Source: Bdellovibrionales bacterium (GTDB taxonomy: Bacteria > Bdellovibrionota > Bdellovibrionia > Bdellovibrionales > UBA1609). Taken from it: 64,000 nucleotides of DNA. Shown here piece after piece: positions 30,063 through 40,059 of the stretch. The number at the start of each line of letters is the position of its first letter. Position 1 is the stretch's first letter. The stretch covers positions 100,399 to 164,398 of the forward strand of contig DAHVQG010000004.1 in NCBI GenBank assembly GCA_027317865.1, given 5' to 3'. The notes below the pieces were generated by a model, which saw only the letters and a list, made by a program, of their open reading frames with translations, was not told the DNA's origin and ran no database searches. The translations under genes were made by a program, and so were the position numbers.

Positions 30063-30112
30063 GAGCAGATTATATAGACAAATTTTTAGTTTTTCAGTAC
30101 AAAAACGAACCT

Positions 30113-31057
30113 ATGGCCGACCTCAAAATATTTTCTGGAAATACCAATCATCAATTTGCCGAGCGCGTTGCGGCTTGCGCCGGCGTTGAGCTCGGCCACT
30201 GCAAATTTGGGCGCTTTGCTGACGGTGAAATCCAAATCGAAATTCATGAGAGCGTACGCGGGTCAAATGTCTTTGTCATTCAAAGCACTTGCCCGCCGGT
30301 TAACGAAAGTTATATGGAGCTTTTTCTGATTCTCGATTCATTGCGTAGGGCCTCAGCCGAAAACATCTCAGCTGTTTTACCGTACTACGGTTATGCCCGC
30401 CAAGACCGAAAGGTCGCGCCAAGGGCGCCGATTTCGGCAAAATGTGTGGCAACGCTTCTTAAAACGGCTGGAGCTGATCGGTTGATCGCCGTTGACTTGC
30501 ATTCGTCACAGATTCAAGGGTTTTTCGATGGCCCTGTGGATCACTTGTTTGCCACGCCCACATTTGCGCGAGAATGGCGCTCGCGATATGGCTCAGGCGA
30601 TGAATTCGTTACAGTTAGCCCAGACGCCGGTGGTGTGGAGCGCACACGCGCGTTTGCAAAGCGCATTGGTTGCTCGATTGCGATTATTGATAAGCGCCGG
30701 GCCGGTCCAAATCAGGTCGAATCGGTTAATCTTGTGGGTGAAGTCCGTGGCAAAACCGCAATTATTTTGGACGATATGATCGATACCGCCGGGACTTTGA
30801 CTCAGGCTGTTGACAGTCTTCTCAAGAATGGTGCAAAAAGGGTGTTTGCTGTTGCCACCCATCCCGTACTTTCGGGTCCGGCTGTTGCACGTTTGAAAGA
30901 AAGCGGCGTGGAAAAGGTATGGGTAACGGACACGATACCGTTAAGGCCCGAAGCTGTTGCAAGTGGCAAATTTGAAGTAATTTCGGTGGCCCCGGTCGTT
31001 GCTGAGGCCATCAAACGAATCAACACGCACGACAGTGTCAGCGCGTTGTTTGATTAG
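30113..31057 (+). CDS. prs: Ribose-phosphate pyrophosphokinase
   Basis: FADGE, PYYGYARQDRK, VSPDAGG, DDMIDTAGT. Confidence 0.97.
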   Translation: MADLKIFSGNTNHQFAERVAACAGVELGHCKFGRFADGEIQIEIHESVRGSNVFVIQSTCPPVNESYMELFLILDSLRRASAENISAVLPYYGYARQDRKVAPRAPISAKCVATLLKTAGADRLIAVDLHSSQIQGFFDGPVDHLFATPTFAREWRSRYGSGDEFVTVSPDAGGVERTRAFAKRIGCSIAIIDKRRAGPNQVESVNLVGEVRGKTAIILDDMIDTAGTLTQAVDSLLKNGAKRVFAVATHPVLSGPAVARLKESGVEKVWVTDTIPLRPEAVASGKFEVISVAPVVAEAIKRINTHDSVSALFD

Positions 31058-31091
31058 AATACGGACTGTACAGAAGAAAGCGAGAGCGAAA

Positions 31092-31829
31092 ATGGCAGAA
31101 AATTTTGAATTTAACGTTGAACTGAGAAAAACTGGTAAACACAATTCACGCCGTTTACGTCGAGAAGGGCATGTCCCGGCTGTTGTTTATGGGCCGAGCC
31201 TGAAAAACGTATCACTGTATGTATCTGAAAAGGAAGTTGTTCGATTTGCCAAGCAACAATACGAAAATACGATTTTTGTATTTAAATCCGCTGACAAATC
31301 GCTCAACAATTTAAAAGTGCTTAAAAAAGCCACCACTCTCCATCCCGTTTCTCGACGGCCCGTGCATCTTGATTTTTTCGCAATTGATTTAAACAAAGCC
31401 ATTCGCGTTTCGGTCGAAGTCCGCTACGAAGGTCGCGCCGCCGGAGTAAAAGATGGCGGTATTCTTAATACGGTTCGCCGCGACGTCGAAGTCGAATGCT
31501 TACCCGCTCAAATCCCACAGTTTTTAGCCATCGATGTTACCCCGCTTGGAATTGGCAATTCGTTACACGTCTCAGATTTACAAATGCCCGAAGGAATCCG
31601 CTTGATCACGCTCCCGACCGAAACTCTTTGCACAGTCACTATGGTTGAAGAAATCGTGGCTGAGGTGGCTCCGGCCGCTGCTGCGACTGCCGAAGGTGCT
31701 GCTGCGGGAGCCGCTGCCGGTGCTGCTGCGGGAGCCGCTGCGGGCGCTGCCGGTGCTGCGGGTGCGACACCAGCCGCTGGTGCCGATGCGAAAAAAGCTG
31801 AAGCCGGCGGAAAAGACGCGAAAAAATAA
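31092..31829 (+). CDS. rplY: 50S ribosomal protein bL25/Ctc with Ala/Gly-rich tail
   Basis: RRLRREGHVPAVVYG, HPVS..PVHLDF, GVKDGGIL; prs-rplY-pth order; start ATG 31092. Confidence 0.93.
   Translation: MAENFEFNVELRKTGKHNSRRLRREGHVPAVVYGPSLKNVSLYVSEKEVVRFAKQQYENTIFVFKSADKSLNNLKVLKKATTLHPVSRRPVHLDFFAIDLNKAIRVSVEVRYEGRAAGVKDGGILNTVRRDVEVECLPAQIPQFLAIDVTPLGIGNSLHVSDLQMPEGIRLITLPTETLCTVTMVEEIVAEVAPAAAATAEGAAAGAAAGAAAGAAAGAAGAAGATPAAGADAKKAEAGGKDAKK
31695..31766 (+). repeat. In-frame 24-nt tandem repeat (GAAAGAAA) in the rplY tail
   Basis: ggtgctgctgcgggagccgctgc(c/g) x2 plus degenerate continuation. Confidence 0.8.
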
Positions 31830-31840
31830 TTCACGCGGAC

Positions 31841-32470
31841 GTGCTATATTCGATGAACGATATTCGCGGGCCAGTTCTTATTGTTGGGCTAGGGAATCCA
31901 GGGTACCGCTATCAGCTCACTCGGCATAATGTTGGTTTTTTGGTCCTCGATGCAATTTCACGTCATTTAGAAGCGGCGAATCCTGCTGAACAGTTCAAAA
32001 GCTTGGTCTCGAAAGTCAAACACGCGGGCCACGACGTCATTTTTGCTAAACCGCAAACGTTTATGAATTTGTCCGGCGAAGCCGTTCAACCTTTGATCGC
32101 GTTTTACAAAATTCCATTAGAAAATTTGCTCGTTATTCACGACGATATCGATCAACCGTTCGGACAAATGAAATTTCAAAAAAATCGCGGTACAGGCGGC
32201 CACAATGGAATTCGCAACATTCATGAAAAATTGGGTACTGCCGATTACGCGCGTCTGAAAATTGGAGTTGGCCGGCCAGCCGAGCCGAAGATGGCCATCG
32301 ACAAATATGTTTTGCAAAATTTCGCCCCCGATCAAGAGGACCAACTGCGTGAAGTGATTCAGCGGGCCGGTGAAGCAACCTTGACATTTATCGAAGCCGG
32401 CTTTCAGCGCGCCCAAAACGAATACAATACGGGAGCGGTCCGTGAACAAAACGAAGAAGATTCGGAGTAG
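31841..32470 (+). CDS. pth: Peptidyl-tRNA hydrolase
   Basis: GLGNPG, TRHNVGF, KPQTFMNLSG, GGHNG; start may be ATG 31853. Confidence 0.96.
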   Translation: MLYSMNDIRGPVLIVGLGNPGYRYQLTRHNVGFLVLDAISRHLEAANPAEQFKSLVSKVKHAGHDVIFAKPQTFMNLSGEAVQPLIAFYKIPLENLLVIHDDIDQPFGQMKFQKNRGTGGHNGIRNIHEKLGTADYARLKIGVGRPAEPKMAIDKYVLQNFAPDQEDQLREVIQRAGEATLTFIEAGFQRAQNEYNTGAVREQNEEDSE

Positions 32471-32475
32471 ATGAT

Positions 32476-33588
32476 ATGAGTTTAAAAGCCGGGATAGTCG
32501 GTCTACCCAACGTTGGCAAAAGCACTTTATTTAATGCTCTAACCGCGGCAAAGGCCGAAGCGGCCAATTACCCGTTCTGTACAATTGATCCGAATGTGGG
32601 GGTTGTGACGGTGCCGGACGAACGGCTCGACAAAATCGCACAGTTAGTGAAACCACAAAAAGTTGTCCCCACGGTAATGGAGTTTGTTGACATTGCGGGC
32701 CTAGTTGCTGGAGCGAGCAAGGGTGAAGGACTTGGTAACCAATTTCTCGCAAACATTCGTGAAACCGACGCCATATTGCACGTAGTCCGCTGTTTTGAGG
32801 ACTCAAACGTCGTTCACGTCGCCGGGTCTGTTGATCCGCAACGCGATATAGGCACGATTAACACCGAACTCGTTCTCGCTGATCTCGATAGCGTCGATAA
32901 GCGTTTGAAACGCATTGAAAAGGCGGCACAAAGTTCGAAGGACGTAAACCTCAAACTTGAATACGGCTTAGTAAAAAAAGTTTGGACGGCATTGAACGAA
33001 GGGCAACCCGCACGGTCGATTACAATTGACGAAGGTGAAGAACCTTTTTTGCACGAACTTCATCTGCTCACGACAAAACCCGTACTTTACGTATGCAACG
33101 TTGCGGAAGGTGATTACACTTCTTTGGGCACCGGCAATAAAAGCCAGTGGATCAAACAAGTTGAAGATCACGCCACGCGCGAAGGCAATCAAAGTGTTGC
33201 GATTTGTTCGGCCATTGAAGCGGAGATCGCACAACTCCCCGAAGAAGAGCGGCTGGAGTTCATTCAATCGCTAGGCATGAAAGAACCTGGGCTGCATCGG
33301 CTCATTCGCGAGTCGTACAAATTGTTGAACTTAATTACGTACTTCACGGCCGGGCCGAAAGAAGTTCGTGCATGGACCATACGCAAAGGCACAAAAGCGC
33401 CACAAGCGGCTGGGGTGATTCACTCTGATTTCGAACGCGGGTTCATTCGCGCCGAGACATATCACTGTGACGATTTATTCGAACTCAAAAACGAAGCGGC
33501 AGTAAAAGAGGCAGGCAAATACCGATCTGAGGGTAAAGACTACGTCGTTCGTGACGGTGATGTGATGCTATTTCGTTTTAACGTTTAG
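32476..33588 (+). CDS. ychF: Redox-regulated ATPase YchF
   Basis: [25 protein letters not shown]-like C-terminus. Confidence 0.97.
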   Translation: MSLKAGIVGLPNVGKSTLFNALTAAKAEAANYPFCTIDPNVGVVTVPDERLDKIAQLVKPQKVVPTVMEFVDIAGLVAGASKGEGLGNQFLANIRETDAILHVVRCFEDSNVVHVAGSVDPQRDIGTINTELVLADLDSVDKRLKRIEKAAQSSKDVNLKLEYGLVKKVWTALNEGQPARSITIDEGEEPFLHELHLLTTKPVLYVCNVAEGDYTSLGTGNKSQWIKQVEDHATREGNQSVAICSAIEAEIAQLPEEERLEFIQSLGMKEPGLHRLIRESYKLLNLITYFTAGPKEVRAWTIRKGTKAPQAAGVIHSDFERGFIRAETYHCDDLFELKNEAAVKEAGKYRSEGKDYVVRDGDVMLFRFNV

Positions 33589-33615
33589 TTTGCGAGTAGC
33601 GAACAAGACAAAATA

Positions 33616-34665
33616 CTATTCTTTTTTCGTTTGCGGATCCCAGGCGTCGCGAAGGCCGTCACCGAAAATATTGAATGCCATCATAGTTAAAAATAACGCA
33701 AGCCCTGGTGCTATAATAAGGTGCGGGTAAGTTCTAATTGTCTTCCATCCATCGTTGGCGAGCACTCCCCAACTGGAATACGGTGGCTGCAACCCAAGGC
33801 CAATAAAGCTCAAAAAACTCTCAAACATAATGTTGGAGACAATCTGCGCAGTTACGACCACTATAATCGGCCCGGTGATGTTAGGAATAATGTGGCGAAA
33901 GATAATCCGCCGGTCGCTTGCACCCATCGAACGTGCCGACTCAACATAAAGAGTTTGTTTCGCCTTTAAAACCTCGCCGCGCACAACACGCGAAAGCATG
34001 AGCCAGCCAAAAACGCTGAGTGCGAGAAGCACCCCCGCCACGGCCCTCACTTCCGGATTCATCCCTTGATCAATGGAATCGAACATGATTTTAACTAGAA
34101 TAAGTAGCACAAGTGTCGGAATTGAATCTAATGTGTCCACAATTCGCATCATAAGGGCGTCAACGCGTCCTCCGATCCATCCCGAAATTGCACCATAGAC
34201 CGTACCCATCACGAGCGAGACGAGGGCCGTTAAAACTCCAACCGCCATTGAAACTTGTGCGCCATAAATGAGTCGCGATAATAGATCACGCCCCAGATCG
34301 TCCGTTCCAAGCCAGTGCGACCACGATGGCGGCGCTAAAACCTCATTCGCATTCTGAGCTGCAAAACTGTAAGGTGCGATGTGCTGCGCGAATATCGCAA
34401 TAAGGCTTACAAAACCAATAAAGATGAGCGAGATAAACGCCATACGGTTGCGCTTTAGCCGGCGCCACGTATCACGCCATAGAGAGCTACCTTTTGTTCG
34501 TTCCGCAGCACGCTCCAAAAAATCGACCCCTTGTACTGTTGGAGTAAAACTCGCGTTTTCTTCAAACTTGTGCGCGTGTGCATTCTCTCGCGATACAATC
34601 GCGGCATCTGACTCGCGCCTTACTTTCTGGCCGTTATCGCCGGCTCCAACAAAATCTGTGCTCAT
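33616..34665 (-). CDS. oppC: Oligopeptide ABC transporter permease OppC
   Basis: SLWRDTWRRL, HWLGTDDLGRD, EAA loop, FNIFGDGLRDA. Confidence 0.92.
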   Translation of the reverse strand: MSTDFVGAGDNGQKVRRESDAAIVSRENAHAHKFEENASFTPTVQGVDFLERAAERTKGSSLWRDTWRRLKRNRMAFISLIFIGFVSLIAIFAQHIAPYSFAAQNANEVLAPPSWSHWLGTDDLGRDLLSRLIYGAQVSMAVGVLTALVSLVMGTVYGAISGWIGGRVDALMMRIVDTLDSIPTLVLLILVKIMFDSIDQGMNPEVRAVAGVLLALSVFGWLMLSRVVRGEVLKAKQTLYVESARSMGASDRRIIFRHIIPNITGPIIVVVTAQIVSNIMFESFLSFIGLGLQPPYSSWGVLANDGWKTIRTYPHLIIAPGLALFLTMMAFNIFGDGLRDAWDPQTKKE

Positions 34666-35777
34666 GTCAGTCTAATCTTTGGATCAAAATAGGTGTAGAG
34701 AATATCGACAATAAAATTCGCTAAAATTAACATTGTGGCAAACACAAGCGTGACGCCAAGAACCATTGGGTAATCGCGATTGGTCACGCTCATTATGAAG
34801 TGCTTACCAATGCCGGGAATGTTAAAAATGTCTTCGACTACAAACGAACCCGAGAGAACGTACGCGGTGACGGGGCCAACGTAGGCCAAAACCGGAATGA
34901 GAGAATTTTTAAGCATATGCTTAAACAATATCGTTCGCTGTTTGAGGCCTTTGGCCTTGGCAGTTCGAACAAAATCCGATCGTGAGACTTCAAGAACACT
35001 TGACCGCGTCAGACGAGCGATAACCGCGGCGGGTTGCATACCTAAAACTATAACAGGCAAAATATAAAAAGTGGTGCCATTCCACAACGCCACGGGCAGA
35101 AGATTCCAGCCAAAACAAAAAATCGTAATGAGTATCGGCGCGGCTAAAAAACTGGGAATTGAAATAAACGAGGTAGCCGCGATCATGGTGACGTTGTCCT
35201 TCCAGGTGCCGTGATTGGCGGCCGCAAAAACTCCAGCTGGAATGCCCACCATTAATGCCAGAATCATCGCAAAAATCCCAAGCTGCATTGAAGCCGGTAA
35301 ACTCTCGGCAATAATGGATGAAACTTCACGACCAACGTAGGTATAGGAATAACCGAGATGACCAGTAGCAATTCCTTCGATGTAGCTAACATATTGCTTA
35401 TAGATGGGCGCGTTTAAATCGTATTTCGCATCGATTGCCGCTTTCACCTGTGGCGGCAATGCTTTATTTTCATCAAATGGCCCGCCTGGGATGACCCGCA
35501 ACAAGAAAAATGTGATCGAAGCAATCGTGAAAATAACAAATAACGTCTGCATGAGACGTTTCAGAACATAGCCGGTCAATCCGTGAGTCGTTGCGTGAAA
35601 AACAAGAAATACAATAACAAGAACAACGTCGCCGATAATGACACTGTTGGGGATTAAAAATCCGGCAAAGCTCCATATAGCGGTGAAGACAATTCCGGCG
35701 AGTGCCGCAATCGGCAAAATGATCCCGAGTTGGCGGATGACGGGATGACTCGCGCGACGTATGTCTTCGGCTGTCAC
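34662..35777 (-). CDS. oppB: Oligopeptide ABC transporter permease OppB with extra N-terminal TM hairpin
   Basis: YVLKRL, IPGGPF, RTAKAKGL, NRDYP, DPKIR; GTG start overlaps the oppA stop. Confidence 0.92.
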   Translation of the reverse strand: MTAEDIRRASHPVIRQLGIILPIAALAGIVFTAIWSFAGFLIPNSVIIGDVVLVIVFLVFHATTHGLTGYVLKRLMQTLFVIFTIASITFFLLRVIPGGPFDENKALPPQVKAAIDAKYDLNAPIYKQYVSYIEGIATGHLGYSYTYVGREVSSIIAESLPASMQLGIFAMILALMVGIPAGVFAAANHGTWKDNVTMIAATSFISIPSFLAAPILITIFCFGWNLLPVALWNGTTFYILPVIVLGMQPAAVIARLTRSSVLEVSRSDFVRTAKAKGLKQRTILFKHMLKNSLIPVLAYVGPVTAYVLSGSFVVEDIFNIPGIGKHFIMSVTNRDYPMVLGVTLVFATMLILANFIVDILYTYFDPKIRLT

Positions 35778-37396
35778 TTCACAATCTCCATTTTCTGCGG
35801 ATAAAATTTCATAAGCGAATTCAACGGATAATTTTTGATTCGCGAACTCACGAGATACTGAGACCGGTAAAAGTAAATCGGCACGACAACAGAGTCTTTG
35901 TCGAGCAATAGCTCTTGTGCCTCGTCGTAAAGTTTTTGGCGCTTTTGTTCACTAAACACAGTCGCCGCTTCTCGAACGAGATGATCGTATTTTTTATTGG
36001 CCCAATTCGTGTCATTGTTGGCGTTATCTGACTCGAACAAATTCATAAACGTATTGGCGTCTGGATAATCCGCGATCCATCCGAATCGAAACATCGGATA
36101 AGCTTTCGCCTGCATTGTGCGAAGATACGTTTTCCATTCTTCATTGGTAAGTTCGACTTTGATGCCGAGATTGGTTTTCAATTGCTCCTGGATAATCTCC
36201 GCTATGCGTTCATGATTTTCATCCGTATTGAACGCAATTTTAAGCCGCGGAAATTTCGACCGGTCTTTGTATCCGGCCTCGTCGAGTAATTTTCGCGCTT
36301 TCGCCGGATCGTATTTCGGTCCGATATTCGGATTGTATCCCACGAGTCCCGGTGGAATGAGCGTCGTTGCGGGCATTTCACTTCCGCCCATAATTTTATT
36401 AATTTGGTCGCGGTTAATGGCCATGTTAATCGCCTGGCGGACTTTCACATTATTAAGCGGCGGCATTTTCACGTTAAGGCCGAAATAATAAACGCCAAGT
36501 GTTGTAACAATTCGATATTGCGGCATCGTCCGCACCGTACGAATGTCATCGCTCGGAATTTCGTCAAGAGCATCGAGCTGGCCGCGATTAAACATGCTAA
36601 GCGCGGTCGATTGATCTTGAACGATAAGCCCCAAAATATATTTAATTTTTGGTTTACGGCCGAAATATCCGTCATTGCGTTGAAGCACGACGGCTTTGCC
36701 GTGATCCCACTTTATTAACTTGTACGCTCCCAGAGTTTGGATGTGACTCGGATCCGTCCAGTGATTTCCCCACTTTGCGATAATATCTTTGCGAATCGGA
36801 AAGGTGCACTCGTTACCCAAAATCGCGGGGAAGAAACTTTCGGGCCGCGCAAGATTGACGACAAGTTCACCTTTTTTGTTGAGTCTGACGCCCACTTTAC
36901 TGAAATTTTTAATTTTGCCTTCGAAATAGGCTTTGGCGTTTTTAATTATAAACAAATAATTTGCGTACAAAGCAGCCGTTTTGGGGTTTAGCAATCGCTG
37001 CCAGCTATCAATGATTTGTTGGCCGGTAAATGGAACGCCGTCCGTCCATTTAACATCTTGCCGCAACGTGAACGTCCAAGTTTTCATGTGGTTGGACGAC
37101 CGCCAAGAAGCCGCCAAATCAGGCAATACTTGAACTTTACCGTTTTTGAATCCGTAACGAACAAGCCCGTCCATCATCGCATCGGCAATGCGGGAAGAAG
37201 TCGTGTCACTCATTAACGTCCAGTCAAGAGTCGGCGGCTCGGTTATGATGTTCCAACGCAGGGTTTGGTTCAACGGCAGGCCGTAGTCCACCTGGTTTCT
37301 GCGCGTACACGCGGTGATGAAAAAAGCATTGATGATTAAAAACGTGCCGGCCAACAAAGCGGCCGACCGTGCAGATACACGTTGAAAACGGCTCAT
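35774..37396 (-). CDS. oppA: Oligopeptide ABC transporter substrate-binding lipoprotein OppA
   Basis: Lipobox ITA-C, EPPTLD, PDLAASW, KWTDG, RFGWIADY. Confidence 0.92.
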   Translation of the reverse strand: MSRFQRVSARSAALLAGTFLIINAFFITACTRRNQVDYGLPLNQTLRWNIITEPPTLDWTLMSDTTSSRIADAMMDGLVRYGFKNGKVQVLPDLAASWRSSNHMKTWTFTLRQDVKWTDGVPFTGQQIIDSWQRLLNPKTAALYANYLFIIKNAKAYFEGKIKNFSKVGVRLNKKGELVVNLARPESFFPAILGNECTFPIRKDIIAKWGNHWTDPSHIQTLGAYKLIKWDHGKAVVLQRNDGYFGRKPKIKYILGLIVQDQSTALSMFNRGQLDALDEIPSDDIRTVRTMPQYRIVTTLGVYYFGLNVKMPPLNNVKVRQAINMAINRDQINKIMGGSEMPATTLIPPGLVGYNPNIGPKYDPAKARKLLDEAGYKDRSKFPRLKIAFNTDENHERIAEIIQEQLKTNLGIKVELTNEEWKTYLRTMQAKAYPMFRFGWIADYPDANTFMNLFESDNANNDTNWANKKYDHLVREAATVFSEQKRQKLYDEAQELLLDKDSVVVPIYFYRSQYLVSSRIKNYPLNSLMKFYPQKMEIVK

Positions 37397-37467
37397 TTTA
37401 CCCTCCCCCGGTCCTCATTCGTCGGCAATTTTGCCATCGATGTCAATTGTTTTACCTTAAAATATGC

Positions 37468-39987
37468 TCATTCGATACTTTGCCAATTTTCGCGCGGCGA
37501 CGGTTTTCGATCGATTTTGACAGGAATGGTGCTGGTCAGCCAAACGGGGCCTACGACGCTATTTTTTCGGGTTTGGCGCGTGTTATGATAGATCTCTGAA
37601 TATAAGATGTAGTTGCGTACGACTTTTTTGACATATTCTCGCGTCTCGACAAACGGAATATGCTCGACAAATTCATCCATATCGAGATTGCCGAACGAGT
37701 GTAGCCACGAATACACGCGCTGTGGCCCTGCATTGTAAGCGGCAGCGACAAGCGGCACGTATCCGTCAAACTGCTTTAAAAGTCGCGCCAAATAGCGCGT
37801 ACCAAGCTCAATGTTATTTTGCGGTTCGATAAGCTGTGCCGCGCTGATCGGCGGATGATGCATTAACTTTTCTAGTTGTTCGGCGGTATAAGGCATCAAT
37901 TGAACAAGCCCGCGGGCGCCAACGGCTGAAATCGCATTCGGATTAAATCGGCTTTCGGCCCGCATAATCGCCCATACCATCTGCTCCGGCACTCCAAACC
38001 TTTTGCAATTCTTTTTCACGAATTTCGCATAGGCTCTTGGAAAGGCAAACTGCCAAATGCCCCGTGCCCCGCTCAATCCGCCAACTTGCCGTTCATGTTC
38101 AAAAATACCGTCTTGCGCTATATCAACGGCGCGACCATACGAACCCGCTTCTACATAAGCCGCCATTAGCATATGTAAATATGTTTTATTTCGCGTCCGC
38201 CGTTCGATATCAAACAGTTCGCCATTGGCCCAATCAGATAAACCAAGTTTCATCAGTTCGCTGGCACGTGTAAAACGAAGCCGCAATTTCGGGTCTTTAA
38301 AGGTGCTCACTTGGATGGGCTCACCATTTATATCGACATTGTCGCCGCTGCCGCTCCCATCATTTTCCGAGTTCGCACTGCCATTTGCGTTGGTATCGTC
38401 ACTATCGTCTAACCCTGCTCCCGGCGATAAATCGGGATCATCAGGTGAACTGTTTGCAGCAACTGTTGCCGTCGGGTCACCGGTAATATTCGTTTGCGGC
38501 GTCGGCGCGGATTGCGCTCCTGCAGGTGATTGAGGGGTTTGGGCCAATATTTGTTTGGCCGAAGGCTTCTGCCCGGCAATTTGTGATAAACGTTTTTTGG
38601 CTAGAAAGCTATAGTAGGTCAGACCTGGCTCTTTAGCTAATTGTGAAAATAAAGTGCGGGCTTGGCGGTATTTTTTCTGCCGAAAAAATGACATGGCCAG
38701 CCAGTACCGCGTCCGTTCGTCGCGATACGGATAGCGCACCCACCAATGTTTACGGTGATGCCACCAACTCCAGTAAACAATGCGCTTTTGATAAAGCGCG
38801 CGAAAGGCGTCCTCGGCGCTTTTGTAATGGCCTTTTAAATAATCGATCCATGCCAGCTGCCAGCGCGCTTGTTGGGCGAAATAGGAACCAGGTTCGTGTC
38901 GAATTATGCTCATGAACCGTTGATCAGCGCCATCATAATCTTGAATTTGGTAGCTCAAATAGGCGGCGCTAAAGTCAGCCCACCGCCCCTCGCTTGAATA
39001 GGGACTGAGCCGGTATGCTTTATCAAATGCCCCGATGGCCGACTGAAATTCGTCGGCTTGTGCCGCGACTCTGCCCAATTGTTCTTGATATTTTAAATTA
39101 TATTTCTTTTGCGCGTAATACTTCACAAGAATTTGGAGCGCTTCGTAGGGATATCCCTGCATTTCATAATACTGAACTAAAAGCATATTGGCCCGTATTT
39201 TAGCTTGCGGGCTGCCAGTTGCATCCGCTTCGGCACGCAATTTGTCTATTTCGCGCTTCGCTTTGTCAGCATGGCCCGCAAGTTGCAGCCGCTCCATCCG
39301 CGTCTCGATGTCTCGTTGCGACGGCGGACAACCGACTTTCATATTGTCCAACTTGTCTTCAACAAGATCGACCCCCCAAGATGCAATTTGCGGATGGGCG
39401 GGGAATCGCGCATACAATTCGCGCGCCCATCGGCATGCGAAATATCGTCGATTCTCTTTTAGTTCCACCTTTAAGAGCGTCACTAATATGTCCGGATATT
39501 TTGGAGAAAATCGCGACCGCCACTGTAAGAACCGCAGATTGTAAAGCGCCGGGCGGAACTGTCCTAATTTAAGCTCAAGTTTACTCATAGAAAAGCGCGC
39601 TTCAATACTGACGTTGCGATTCGGTTTTTCATTCAATGTATTTTGCAAGTCTTCAAGAGCCGCTTGCATATTTTTGCGGCTCTTTGCTTTGCCGTCGTGA
39701 TCTTCCGCCTCGGCCATCTTCTCATATATTTCAGCGGACAAAATCGAGCCGCCTTTCAAAGCCGTGTTAAAATCGGTTTTGGCGGCGGCCCAATTCTTGG
39801 CCTTTAATGCTTTTAAACCCAGCGCAAAATTTTGAACGGATTTGTTTTGGACTGATTTATTTTGGGCCCTTTGCTGTTGAAGCGTTTTACTCGGCGCTTG
39901 TTTTGGATTCGCATAGGCCGACGCCGCCGCAATTAAGAGTAGTGACCACAGCAAAACAATAGGTTGCTTAAACGGCGCGAAACGCAT
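37468..39987 (-). CDS. slt: Soluble lytic murein transglycosylase (TPR + SLT domain)
   Basis: IMRAESRF, GARGLVQLMP, AAYNAG, ETREYV; start ATG 39987 behind GGAGG. Confidence 0.9.
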   Translation of the reverse strand: MRFAPFKQPIVLLWSLLLIAAASAYANPKQAPSKTLQQQRAQNKSVQNKSVQNFALGLKALKAKNWAAAKTDFNTALKGGSILSAEIYEKMAEAEDHDGKAKSRKNMQAALEDLQNTLNEKPNRNVSIEARFSMSKLELKLGQFRPALYNLRFLQWRSRFSPKYPDILVTLLKVELKENRRYFACRWARELYARFPAHPQIASWGVDLVEDKLDNMKVGCPPSQRDIETRMERLQLAGHADKAKREIDKLRAEADATGSPQAKIRANMLLVQYYEMQGYPYEALQILVKYYAQKKYNLKYQEQLGRVAAQADEFQSAIGAFDKAYRLSPYSSEGRWADFSAAYLSYQIQDYDGADQRFMSIIRHEPGSYFAQQARWQLAWIDYLKGHYKSAEDAFRALYQKRIVYWSWWHHRKHWWVRYPYRDERTRYWLAMSFFRQKKYRQARTLFSQLAKEPGLTYYSFLAKKRLSQIAGQKPSAKQILAQTPQSPAGAQSAPTPQTNITGDPTATVAANSSPDDPDLSPGAGLDDSDDTNANGSANSENDGSGSGDNVDINGEPIQVSTFKDPKLRLRFTRASELMKLGLSDWANGELFDIERRTRNKTYLHMLMAAYVEAGSYGRAVDIAQDGIFEHERQVGGLSGARGIWQFAFPRAYAKFVKKNCKRFGVPEQMVWAIMRAESRFNPNAISAVGARGLVQLMPYTAEQLEKLMHHPPISAAQLIEPQNNIELGTRYLARLLKQFDGYVPLVAAAYNAGPQRVYSWLHSFGNLDMDEFVEHIPFVETREYVKKVVRNYILYSEIYHNTRQTRKNSVVGPVWLTSTIPVKIDRKPSPRENWQSIE

Positions 39988-40059
39988 GGGCAAATCGCCT
40001 CCCTTACGGTATGCGCAATAGGTAAAAAAAAATTTTAGGCGATGTGGGGCCATTAAACA

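Noticed and set aside
30063-30112. tRNA-Gln often found upstream of prs
   Set aside because: The gap is only 50 bp and AT-rich, with no cloverleaf or T-loop motif
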